Assembly (NCBI GenBank): GCA_964106645.2
Contig: OZ067038.1
Source: Podarcis pityusensis
Lineage: Eukaryota
DNA: 64,000 nucleotides
Reading direction: 5' to 3' (one strand)
Numbering within the stretch: the stretch's first letter is position 1; every line of letters begins with the position of its first letter. Positions 1-11,129 of this stretch are shown in pieces. The position numbers were made by a program, and so were the translations under genes. Under the pieces are notes generated by a model. The model was not told where the DNA came from. It did not search any database and was given only the letters and a program-made list of their open reading frames with translations.

Positions 1-124
1 GTCGTGCCATGGCCCTAGCCCACGCCTAGGCTTCGGGACAGGAACCACATCCCCGGATCCCGTGAACAAGACTTACCCAATGCCTAACCACCACTTGAGC
101 CCCAAAGGCTTGCTGCCAACACCC

Positions 125-590
125 TCACACCTGCAACCAATCCCTAATGCCCTTAACGATATTGGCCAACCAAATATCATTTCCCCTATCGGAAAGCTGA
201 ACGCCATCATTGCAAAACAAGGCCTCCTGTCAAAAGTATTGGTGGGGTACTGTGTCACCTGACTATTCAATAGTTGCACCTCCTTGCCACCGTACAATTT
301 TCTTGGCCGTTTATTGCCGCCAGGTGGGGGCAGTCATGCCAACAATGCCTCTCCAAAAGCTGGGACCAGATTAAAGTCTGGGTACAAGGCAGCCAGCTTA
401 TCACAGTCCTCTTTGAAGTTCCAAGTTAGGACAATGCCCTTCCTTAGAACCAAATTGTTCTCTCCACGTTCAGCAATCAAAGTGTCTGGTGGGCCATGCT
501 AGATAGCTCTGGCCATCACAATTGGCACAAACTCTTCCCATTTCATGCCACGCCTTGTGATCCAGGAGACTCTTGACTTATTCCAGAAGC
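125..590 (-). pseudogene. SGNH/GDSL-like hydrolase ORF remnant of the Ngaro element
   Basis: My translation gives RVSWITRRGMKWEEFVPIV..HGPPDTLIAERGENNL and LFCNDGVQLSDRGNDIWLANIVKGIRDWLQV*. These match SGNH blocks (GxNDL, DGVHL), with a stop and frameshifts. Confidence 0.75.
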
Positions 591-639
591 CCCAGGCAGC
601 TACCCATGGAGTACCCAGGAACATCAAATAGTTTAATTT

Positions 640-780
640 AATTTTACATTTCTATCCCACCTTTCCACCAAGGGGCTTGGGGTGGTGTACATAGTTGTCC
701 TCCGCCTGACTCCATCCACATGGCAACCCTGTGAGGTAGGTTGGGCTGAGATTAGGTGATTGGCCCTCTGTCACCCATGG
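640..780 (-). mobile_element. Degenerate CORE-type (Squam3/MIR-like) SINE fragment inserted in the Ngaro remnant
   Basis: caaccctgtgaggtaggttgggctgaga...gtcaccca is the reverse complement of the SINE core seen at 45059-45118 and 39580-39640. Confidence 0.6.
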
Positions 781-1450
781 CGGGAAAACGATGTTAGAAT
801 CCAAACACAACAGAACAAAGGAGTGGAACAGCTGTGCTACCCTCTCAGAGCACGAAGATTGCCTGAAAAGGACATTGACAACGGCTTGAATATCTTTCCA
901 GAAACAAACTTGCTCGTCCATGAAGTCCTCAAGGCAGAGGTGGACAGACACAACTACTGTGAAAATCCAAGAAGGTTAAGGCACGTGTGATGGAGGTACC
1001 CCCCCCCCCCAGCTGACTGGCCCCTGTTGTGCCTGCTGCATCAGATTTCGCCTGGAAATCATTAAACACCCTCATATTATCCTACCAAAGGGAGAGTTCA
1101 TTATATTAAAATAGGAACCTAAGCCATACCCTCAAGTCCTCCACGACTGGTTTGGAAAGGTGGTGAGTCTTGCTAAACAGGCACAGAGGGGGAGACCACA
1201 TGGCAAGCAAAGTTCAGATGCCCCACAAGCCACTGAACCTGCCGGAGTAACTTTCCTAAGAGGGAGCAATGGAGAGAGGGTATCCTTAAGGGATGACACT
1301 TCTCTGGGGGAAGGCATGAGGACTGAACCACCGTGTCCAGATCGATGCTCCCTAACTGACTTTTGTCTAGGCAGATCCTTTGAGTTAAGGGGGGACAAAA
1401 CTGGTATTCTAAAACCTTGGGAAATGATCCAAGGGTTCCTCGAGAGTTTG
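775..1450 (-). pseudogene. RT / RNase H remnants of the Ngaro element
   Basis: ORFs 652..951(-) and 1132..1491(-) plus alternate frames carry the DIRS/Ngaro RNase H motif (FWxDxQAVV..QSS.S.RV..L..FVL.CL..NI.F) and the RT thumb motif LVGHLNFAC. Confidence 0.7.
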
Positions 1451-2912
1451 TGAGCTGAACTTCTGGCCTCCCCGAAAGGCACCTTGCTCATATGGCAAAA
1501 AGCAAAGGAAATCCCTCATGCCTGATGTTTGCTGGAGAGCATTCCGCCAACGTAGGCAAGCCACCCATGGAGTTTGATATATGGTGGCCTTGTGATGGAA
1601 ATCCACATGCTGACCAGGAATCAAGCCCAATATTGTCTATACTCACTGGCAGCTATGTGGCTCAGTGTTACCCACACTGGTCTGCAGTAACCTGCACTGC
1701 TTAATCGTGGAATAATATCCTAAAAATGGCACAACCAAAATATCATTAAACCAGCAAATAGACACATATGACCACAGGCCAACCTTAGCCTGAGGCTAAG
1801 CAGCCAAGGGCTAAGCAATTGAAAGCACGAATTATAATTTATTATTATTGTTATTTAAATCCAGTTGTATAATACATAAACAAATTGTTAAACAAACAAA
1901 TAACCACAACCGAAACCACAAGCAATAACAGTAGTTTGCTCCTGTCTATGCCCCATGGCAGCAATGCCTCAAAGGGGTCAGGGTATTATTGCTAATACTG
2001 GACAGTGGCTAGCCATGTATACAGAATTAGTATTGTCTACACCAATTGGCAGCAACCCAGCAGCCGCTTGTATTAATATTGTCCACACTGACTGGCAGCT
2101 ATACAACTCAATATTGTCCACCTGTGTCTATCTATATTTTATATTATTTTAATTAATCAATCAATTAATTTTATTTATTTATTTTTTGGTTAATGTGATA
2201 AATCAATGTTGTCTACACTGACTGGCAGCAGTGACCTAGAAACAAAATCAGTGGAAAATACGTCCTGGTAGACCATTTAGTATTGCCTACAGTCACTTCT
2301 AAATCTGTTATTGGCAATAACAAGAGGCAAAGCAACTGAAAGCAAGAAGACCAACAATTCAAATGGGATCCCCAATGCAACTAAACACCTATTTATTTCT
2401 GCATTCTGTTATTTGTTGTTATTGTTGTTGTTGTTATTATTATTGCCCTAACCAATGACAGCCCCACGCTGGCTTGCAGCAATGGTAAATGAAAAGAAAT
2501 TAAAGCAGGAATTTTAATGTATGCATGCATGTATGTATGGAGCAGGTATGTAATAAAGTAGTGATTTCCCCAGCACCATGTACAACCAAAGATACTGGGC
2601 CGTAAAGAAGAAAATAAAGCAACCAGGGCGAAATAACATAAAATGTATGCTGCCAATTAATGGCACAGCCGCTTAGGCAAAAGCTGCCCCTCCTATTATT
2701 TACTAATGTTTGTTATGCTACGTGCCTCACCCAAAATGGCCTCCAGAGAGGCACAAGGGGCAGAGCCACGTGCCTCACCTAAGATGGCCGCCAGACATGG
2801 CTGGGAGTCACAGGGAGGTCCCGGGTGCTCTTCCCACAACTCCACCCCCCAGGAAAAGGGAGTGGTCTTATCTGAATAGAGCTTGAAATTCTGTTGTTTA
2901 CCATTGTCCTAG

Positions 2913-3063
2913 GACTGATTCATATGCATATGGGGCAACATTCCACATTTCATCACTTGAAGAGTTAGTGACCAACTTCCAAAATTGTGAGCTGACTCCA
3001 TCGAAAGGTGTTGTGTTTTCAGTGACATCAGCTGATACAACAGGCCTGTTTGCAATCCTGTAG
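2913..3063 (+). CDS. Putative terminal coding exon of an unidentified gene lying left of the window (TDSYAYGATFHISSLEELVTNFQNCELTPSKGVVFSVTSADTTGLFAIL*)
   Basis: Pyrimidine-rich acceptor ttctgttgtttaccattgtcctAG (AG 2911-2912), 49 open codons, tandem TAGTAG at 3061-3066, AATAAA at 3399-3404, non-repetitive sequence. The gene is not recognised. Confidence 0.4.
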
Positions 3064-4126
3064 TAGATGTGAAGCCCATTGCACATGTACTAGTCTTTGC
3101 CTGGTGTTGTGAGTTATTGACTGATTGCCGTGTGAACACATTCTAGCAAAGAGAGTTTTTAAATATTCAAGTAGGTTAAATCCTGAGCTGAGTGTATAGT
3201 TTTCAACAGAAAACAGCCAATCAATGGAGCAACGATGACACAAAGCAGCTGGGAATTTGCCCCCTGACCTGTACATGTTTCCCCCCACTCAGCCGCCTTC
3301 TATCCAGTAGTTTGAAGCACAACCTGATGACTGATAAGTTTTCTTTTGCTTTACACACCACAAAAACACATCGATGCTCTCTACTGTACTATTTTCAGAA
3401 TAAAGAGAAAGAATTAAATTACACTTTAACAGCACAACACTGTTAACACCAAAGGTCAGGAAACCTTTAAGTAAGGTCACCGTATCGATTGCAGCCCTGA
3501 AAGGATTAACATCAAATACTTGGCCATGAAAGGCTGAAAGGAAGTAAATTCAGCATGATATATTGAAACTGGTTTCTTTCATACATAGCAGAACTACTGA
3601 CATAACAGGTTTATTGTTCAAACCAAGTTATGTTGCCTTGCCAACTTATATTCTGAGCTATCCAAGCAGATTTAATGTTTGTGCAATAATGACATCTCTC
3701 CCTCTCTTTTCCTTTGTTCCTTTCCCTTTCTTAAATTGTTAAAGAAGAGTTCGTGCCTACCTAGGAAATGACCTTAATCAATTTAGTTCCAGAGACAAGG
3801 ATGAAAACTGCAGTTCTTGGTTTTTTTTGCTTCTTCACAAGAGTAAATCACTATTGTGATGATCAAGGTGTAAGAGCCACAGCTTGGCAGAAACTTTTGT
3901 TGCATTTCCCAGCAATTCAGTATTCTTGTTTTGTGTCACTTGGATTTGATTGGCAGGTATTTTGAATAGCAAGCTGATAAGCAAATGATACTAGAAATAT
4001 CCTGGAAAGACGTAACACCAACATGCATATATTGGACAGTGACTCTGGCCTGGTCTGGCGTATTTGGGTGTTTCCTAAGTGAAGCATTTGACTGACACGG
4101 GCCATTTTGAGGAGGTGCCATTTTAT

Positions 4127-4441
4127 TACGGCTGCCATATGTCCTGATTTTCCAGGACATGTCCTGGAATTTGCCTCCGAATATGGCGTCCTGGATTATT
4201 TTTCAGAAATCAGGCAAATGTCCTGGAAAACTGTCAACGGGGGTTAAATCGTGCCAAAAATGCATTAAAAAGCTCCAAAACTCAAAAATTATTGTAGCTT
4301 TCAATTTTAAAAAGCTCAATAATTTTGGAGGTTTCCTAAAAAATTTTTTTTAAAAAATCAACAATTTTGGGGTCTTCCTTAAAAAACTCAGGTGTTTTCA
4401 AGGTGAGCTGGGTTTTATTTTTTTGAAATATTGCAACCCTA
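4127..4441. mobile_element. Non-autonomous DNA transposon (TAGGGTTGCCA-type TIR MITE)
   Basis: Degenerate TIRs tacggctgccata / tattgcaacccta, with internal gtcctg repeats. Confidence 0.6.
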
Positions 4442-5224
4442 CATTTTGCAATGCTTAAAATCCTGAAAAGTGGTCTTGGCTTACTACAGTGTACAGAATG
4501 TTGCATTTCTTTTGTATATTCTGTCAACAAAAGCACCCAGAAACTTGCTATCCTCTAGTTACTTACTAATTGGAAGTTCAGATGTCTAGTGTCAGTCATG
4601 CCTTTCCCAGATCAAACTGGTATTTCAGAAGCCCTGTCTCTTGTTGACCTTGTTTTGTTCTTTGGTCCAATTCTGGTTGGAGAATCTGGATTTTCAAATC
4701 CAGGGATTTGAGACTGCTTCAGCTGTGCTACATGTTTCAAGAGCCTTGTGGCAACAGCCTTTTTCAAGGTATCTTTGAATCTGGATAATTAAAGTATGTG
4801 ATTCAGATTCCAAAAATCTTTATGCAAGCTTTTCTCCAGGTTTTGGTGATTTATTTTGGTAAAATATATGTGTTTTGGTACTTCTCCAAACCTTTGGGTT
4901 CCACCACGTCTATTGATACCTTCCTCTTGTATATGGACGGTGCTGATTTGGTTATGTAAGGACTGGTACTCAGACACTTGAGTTACACATGATTATATAT
5001 GATGATGGATCCCTTCGTGCTCAGCTTCATCTTGGGATGGTGAAGATAGAAGAGGAATCTTTTCTTGGGAGCTTTCTGAAGAGGTGGCACTCACAACACA
5101 TGACCCCCTTGACTGGTCAGTGGGATAGTGATAACCTGCATAACACTTAGGTATGTCTAATGCCAAATGGCATCTTCACAAGGAGACAAAGTAATGCTCA
5201 TTCCCTTGCATGCCCAGGTGCCAT

Positions 5225-5445
5225 GTACCTGCCCCCATCAGCTATAACAGTAAACAAAGACACAGACAACATTGTTGAGTTAAAATTAGGCCACAACTTT
5301 ACTGATTACAAATGTGAGTGAGTTTTGGCTTGACACTGAGTAGTCACCAACTCCTCCAGCCCACCTGCTGGAGGGATACCAGAGGTCAAGCCTGATCTGA
5401 GTTTGACATACACCAAATTGCTGTAATCCCTACAGACTAGCCGCA
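5225..5445 (-). mobile_element. Fragment related to the element at 16324-17174 (Ngaro-related terminal repeat)
   Basis: aaacaaagacacagac...aggccacaactttactgatt matches aaataaagacacaagac...aggccacaactttattgatt at 16358-16421. Confidence 0.6.
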
Positions 5446-5539
5446 TTAGAATCGTAGAGTTGGAAGGGATCTCAAGGGTCATCTAGTCCAACCACCTGCA
5501 ATGCAAACATCTCAACAGAAGATGATCTCAACAGACCTC

Positions 5540-7504
5540 ACTCCAAATCTGACCGGACACAGGTTAGAGCTCAACGTTGAGCCTACCAAGTGGCTATAGC
5601 GACGGCGAAGAAGACTTTCTTCACCGCCTCTATTGCATCTGCAGAAAACAGTAGCAGGAGACTCTTTCAGGTGGTCTGCAATTTAACGGAACCACCATTA
5701 CCACCGGGGCCTTGTAAAGACCCCAAGATCTCCTGCAACGATTTTGCAAAGTTTTTTGCAGATAAAATCACTCATATTCAGAAGGAGCTAGACACCACCG
5801 TGGGAGCAGGGCTGGGGCGGGCGAGTGCTAGAGCCCTGTCTGGTCAAGTTGCATGGAATCAATTTCAATCCGTTACCCCCGAGGATGTGGACAGGCTGCT
5901 TGGACGCGTGAAACTCCTTGATCCTTGCCCATCCTGGCTAATAAAAGCAAGCCGGGAAGGGCTGGGCGATGGGCTCTGCAGGGTGGTGAATGCTTCCCTC
6001 TGTGAGGGAACATTCCCAGATCCGCTGAAAGAGGCGGTCATTAAACCGCTTCTTAAAAAACCATCTTTAGACCCGGCCAGTATGGCCAACTATTGCCCAG
6101 TCTCAAATCTTCCATTCTTGGGCAAGGTGATTGAGCGCGTGGTTGCTGAACAACTCCAGGCACGCCTGGAGGATGAGGACCATTTGGATCCCTTCCAATC
6201 GGGATTCAGGCCTCATCATGGGACTGAAACTGCCTTGGTCGCGCTGGTTGATGATCTCCGGCGAGCTAGGGACAAAGGTGAGAGTTGTTTCCTAGTTCTG
6301 CTGGATCTCTCAGCGGCCTTTGATACAATCGACCATAACATCCTTCTGGACCGTCTAGAGGGACTGGGAGCTGGGGGCACTGTTATACAGTGGTTTCGCT
6401 CCTTCCTCCTGGGCCGTGTTCAGAAAGTGGTGGTGGGGGGATGAGTGTTCAGACCCCTGGGCCCTCACTTGTGGGGTGCCTCAGGGTTCCGTCTTCTCCC
6501 CCATGCTTTTTAACATCTATATGAAGCCGCTGGGAGAGATCATCAGGGGGTTTGGACTGGGTGTCCATCAATATGCAGATGATACCCAGCTCAACCTCTC
6601 TTTCAAATCAGAACCAGTGAAGGCGGTGAAGGTCCTGTGTGAGTGCCTGGAGGCGGTTGGAGGATGGATGGCGGCTAATGGATTGAAGTTGAATCCTGAC
6701 AAGACAGAAGTACTGTTTTTGGGGGACAGGGGGCGGGCTGGTGTGGAGGACTCCCTGGTCCTGAATAGGGTAACTGTGCCCCTGAAGGACCAGGTGCGCA
6801 GCCTGGGAGTCATTTTGGACTCACAGCTGTCCATGGAGGTGCAGGTCAATTCTGTATCCAGGGCAGCTGTCTACCAACTCCACCTCGTATGCAGGCTGAG
6901 ACCCTACCTGCCCATGGACTGTCTCGCCAGAGTGGTGCATGCTCTAGTTATCTCCCGCTTGGACTACTGCTATGTGCTCTACGTGGGGCTACCTTTGAAG
7001 GTGACTCGGAAACTACAGCTAATCCAGAATGCAGCAGCTAGACTGGTGACTGGGGGCGGCCGCCGAGACCACATAACACCGGTCTTGAAAGACCTACATT
7101 GGCTCCCAGTACGTTTCCGAGCACAATTCAAAGTGCTGGTGTTGACCTTTAAAGCCCTAAACGGCCTCGGCCCAGTATACCTGAAGGAGCGTCTCCACCC
7201 CCATCGTTCTGCCCGGACGCTGAGGTCCAGCGCCGAGGGCCTTCTGGCGGTTCCCTCATTGTGAGAAGCAAAGCTACAGGGAACCAGGCAGAGGGCCTTC
7301 TCGGTAGTGGCACCTGCCCTGTGGAATGCCCTCCCCTCAGATGTGAAAGCGATAAACAACTACCTGACATTCAGAAGACATCTTAAGGCAGCCCTGTTCA
7401 GGGAAGTTTTTAATGTGTGATATTTTAGTGTATTTTTGGTTTCTATGGAAGCCGCCCAGAGTGGCTGGGGAAACCCAGCCAGATGGGCGGGGTACAAATA
7501 ATAA

Positions 7505-7545
<41 letters not shown>
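5540..7545 (+). mobile_element. Young 5'-truncated L2-clade LINE
   Basis: RT motifs LLDLSAAFDTIDH, GVPQGSV.SP, YADDTQL and LHWLPV..R..FK; 3' stem-loop; (TAT)n tail; 8-bp TSD AACAGAAG at 5514-5521 and 7546-7553. Confidence 0.93.
5590..7420 (+). pseudogene. L2 ORF2 reverse transcriptase, disrupted
   Basis: ORFs 5590..6444 and 6416..7264 join through a frameshift in a G run (~6435-6441). There is a premature TGA at 7262, and the frame continues to TGA 7418-7420 (RAFSVVAPALWNALP). Confidence 0.9.
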
Positions 7546-7546
<1 letters not shown>

Positions 7547-9744
7547 ACAGAAGCATCCCCGACAGGTGGTCATCCAACCTCTGCTTAAAAACCTCCAAGG
7601 AAGGAGAGTCCACCACCTCCAGAGGGAGACCATTCCACCGATGAACAGATGTTACCATCAGAAGGTTCCTCCTGATGTTTAGTCAGAATCTCATTTCTTG
7701 TAACTTGAAGGCATCGGTTTGGGACCTACCCTCTGAAGCAGAAGAAAACCTGGAGTTAGTAAGGGCCCTGCCCTCCCAGGCCAGGTGGGAAAAGGCCTGC
7801 AAGGCAGGGTCTTCCAGGACTCCCAGCCACAATAATTTCTTGGCAAAGGCCATTTCCCACAGTTCCTGTCATCTGGAACTGGCTTTTCCACCACCAGCAC
7901 CAACACACTGATAGCCCATCCATGGCTTCTAGCAACTTTTTTCGGCAGGGCTGGAAGAATAAATTCAGCAGATGAAGCTTTTCACACCACTGTATCTCCA
8001 TGACAGAGAAGCGTTTGCTGCCAAATTTCTGATTGGATATACAATGGATTAAGATAGTTGAATTCAGAGAAGTACTGAGAATGATCACGAAAAGGCAGTT
8101 TTTAAAAAGGAAAAAGTTTGGGGTTTTCTTTGAGATTAATATTATGGGAAGTGCATTTGTTTAGTGTTTAAAATGGCAAAATCTTAAATTTACAGGAGGA
8201 TTAAGGAGAAACAGGTTAGCAGATTCAGTAGGTAGGAACTCCATGAAGGAGGTGGGATAATATGCCTTTAAAATGTAAGCTGCCCTGAGCCTAGAAAGAG
8301 CTAGATGTGAATGGGAAATAAGGAAGGAACAGACAAATATTTACACGGTAGCCTCATGCGTCATAAAGTCAAATATTATGCTCTTTCCTGGCAAGTAGTC
8401 CCACATGAATTAAATGGAAGAAATTAAATAAAATGCACATTCTTAGAAAAAACCAAGAGCAGTGGCATCTGCATTTTCTCCTGGCCCAGACAGGGTTGGA
8501 TGCAGGAGTATGTTCACATTCCTTTCTGTGTATAGGGCACAGTTTGAAGGGAATCCAGATGTGAAGGTCAGCTTCCAGATGTGGGTTGTATTTACTGGAT
8601 CAGGATTCTCAGCATAGGAAGTGTGTCAGCACTTTCTTCCAGTATCTTAGGCCGGTCCACAAGTGGGTGGGGACTGGAACATCGCACGCAGGTGATCATT
8701 CCACCAGTGCAAGAATCTCCACTTACCAGAGCGAACCATCTCCCCACACACTGTTCTGGGGGGATATCCTGACCCTCCAGATCTGGATAGTATGGTGTGT
8801 GGGGGGCACATGGGTGGAGAAGAGTGGGTGAAAGTCCCATTGCACTGGCTTATGCAATAACTTAGATTAATCTGTTTCTTTTGTATTATTTATTTACAAA
8901 AGAACCAACTCACATGCAATTAGATTAGAGTTTTCAAATATTATGGTCAAAAATATTTTACAGCAATTTCAAGACTGCAAAGAGGCACCAATAATGCCCA
9001 AGGTTGCTTTTTATAATAATTATTATTATCATTAATTTAATAAAGCATCTGTCAAATGAAGAAAAGTCATCATACATAAGAAAAATGCAGAAACTCGGTA
9101 TGAGGTAAACTGCCATGATACCAGTGTCTTCACCATTAAATTGCACAATGAATGAAGAGTATTCTCTTCTGGAACAAAGAAATGGCAACTTGCCTGATTA
9201 ACCAATTCACGAATGGGGAAAAAGAGGTATAAATCCTAATGTTCCAACCAACTTACTGAAGCAAAAACTTTGGGTTCTTGATGTACTTATTAGTGGAGCT
9301 TAAAAGAAACGGTAGTCAGTGATCCCAGAAGTTTGCAGAATTGATGCTTCCAAGTGACTGCCTTTCTAAATCTGTTTGCTGCTTGATAAGAGTCTCATTC
9401 ACGAGCCTAGAAGCCTAAAATGTTGAGCTACAGGCAGAATCAGCATCCGCTTGCTATCAGCAGGTATGCTCAGAATTCCTAACCCTGATTAAAGGCTGGG
9501 AGAGGAGACAGAGGCTCAGAGGCTTCACATGCTTGGATGAAACAGACACTATACAAATTGCTGTGATTAAATCTGAGCCAAGGCCCAGAGGGGGCCCAGT
9601 GATAAGACCTGTTTTGACTATCAGGCCTCCACCTTAAATATGTCAGCAAATAACATTGTACATCTGCATATGCACAGAGTGCATTTCTAGCCCATCTGTC
9701 TAGAACATACTTTACTAATTAAAGTCAACTTAACCCTTTGATGA

Positions 9745-10100
9745 GGGACGCGGGTGGCACTGTGGGTTAAACCACAGAGCCTAGGACTTGCCGATCAGAA
9801 GGTCGGCGGTTCGAATCCCCGCGACGGGGTGAGCTGCTGTTGCTCGGTCCCTGCTCCTGCCAACCTAGCAGTTCGAAAGCACGTCAAGGTGCAAGTCGAT
9901 AAATAGGTACCGCTCTGGCGGGAGGGTAAATGGCGTTTCCGTGCGCTGCTCTGGTTCAACAGAAGCGGCTTAGTCCTGCTGGCCACATGACCCGGAAGCT
10001 GTATGCCGGCTCCCTCGGCCAATAAAGCGAGATGAGCGCCACAACCCCAGAGTTGGCCACAACTGGACCTAATGGTCAGGGGTCCCTTTACCTTTACCTT
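9745..10100 (+). mobile_element. Full-length Sauria SINE (Squam1)
   Basis: Head gggacgcgggtggcactgtggg, B box ggttcgaatcc, (ACCTTT)n tail, TSD ACCCTTTGAT at 9733-9742 and 10101-10110. Confidence 0.95.
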
Positions 10101-10524
10101 ACCCTTTGATCAATATGGGGATCCTTTAGCCCTAGGTAGCAGCACTGTTGACCTTGGTCAGGCAACGCCATCCTAACTCAAAGAATCAGATCAGTGAAGA
10201 CAAGCTGATGGCATGTAGTGGTTTGTGGCAGCTAGACAAATCCATCCTTATTGAAATTCTTTTGCCCAAGGAGAAAACACTACAGTATTAGATAAGTGAT
10301 ATTGATTGCCACATTTGGGAATGCTGGGGGTGGGGGTGTCCTAAAAACTGTATTACAATATGATGCCCAGATGGCAGGTCATATAAATAAAAAGCTGGCT
10401 TCCTTATAAGATTTGTCCAACAGCTCCACTATTTCTAAGGCCTGGTGATTCAGCAAAGTTGATGCACTTAGCTAAAAGATAGCAACAGTTTTCACACATG
10501 GAATGAATGTTGTGCTTAGATGTA

Positions 10525-10774
10525 CAGTCGTACCTCAGAATTTGAATGCCTTGCGACTCAAAGGTTTTGGCTGCTGAACGCCGCAAACCCAGAAGTGAGT
10601 GTTCCGGTTTGCAAACATTCTTTGGAACCTGAATGTCTGACGCAGCTTCCACAGCTTCCGATTGGCTGCGGGAGCTTCCTGCAGCCAATTGGAAGTCACA
10701 CCTTGGTTTCTGAATGTTCTGGAAGTCGAACGGACTTCCGGAACAGATTCTACTTGACTTCCGAGGTATGACTG
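10525..10774. mobile_element. Tc1/mariner (Tigger-like) MITE
   Basis: TA TSD; TIRs cagtcgtacctc / gaggtatgactg. A related copy is at 35741-35966. Confidence 0.88.
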
Positions 10775-11129
10775 TATTCCTATGCTGCTAGCAAGGGTGA
10801 AGCTCTTGGGATGACTGGACTGTTTGTTGATTAGCTTGCTGCAGGATTGCTAATTGAAATAGTACTTTGTGAGTGGATTTGCACATTGCAAACAAGTAAG
10901 AGATATGAAGAAGGAGTTACCTCTGTGTCCTCTCTTTGTGCTCCTTCTGCGTATCTGAAACACATGAGCTCCAGCTTCACAGTTACACAGAAAGCATGAA
11001 AAGAAGCAGCCCGGTGTTTGTGGTCTGCTGCTGCCTCCACTGCCATCCTCTGTCCCATGGTGTGGCTCCGGTGGTCATTTGGAAACACTACAGGCTCTCC
11101 CACTGGCTCCAGGATTCAAATTCACCTGC

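Larger units (their letters stand above)
1..2866 (-). mobile_element. Decayed Ngaro/DIRS-type tyrosine-recombinase retrotransposon (runs off the left window edge; RT core and YR deleted)
   Basis: Minus-strand remnants occur in Ngaro order: RT pieces (GFRIP..KSVREH; LRQVQWLVGHLNFAC, ~1130-1450), RNase H (SDAAG; VCFWKDIQAVVNVLFRQSSCSERVAQLFHSFVLLCLDSNIVF, ~775-1110) and SGNH hydrolase (125-590). The terminus near 2835-2866 resembles the end of the element at 16324-17174. Confidence 0.75.
5447..7750 (-). mobile_element. CR1 LINE 3' fragment split by the L2 insertion (5447-5521 and 7546-7750)
   Basis: tagaatcgtagagttggaaggg...atctagtccaacc continues after the L2 as catccccgacaggtggtcatccaacctctgcttaaaaacctccaaggaaggagagtccacc, a typical CR1 3' end. 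Confidence 0.9.

Noticed and set aside
1629-2298. CRISPR array
   Set aside because: Vertebrate DNA, degenerate repeats, very uneven spacers and no cas genes; kept only as a motif array.
9795-10022. Repeated ORF MAEGAGIQLPGHVAS... (also 26115, 49022, 14837) as a gene family
   Set aside because: These are antisense frames of Sauria SINE copies.
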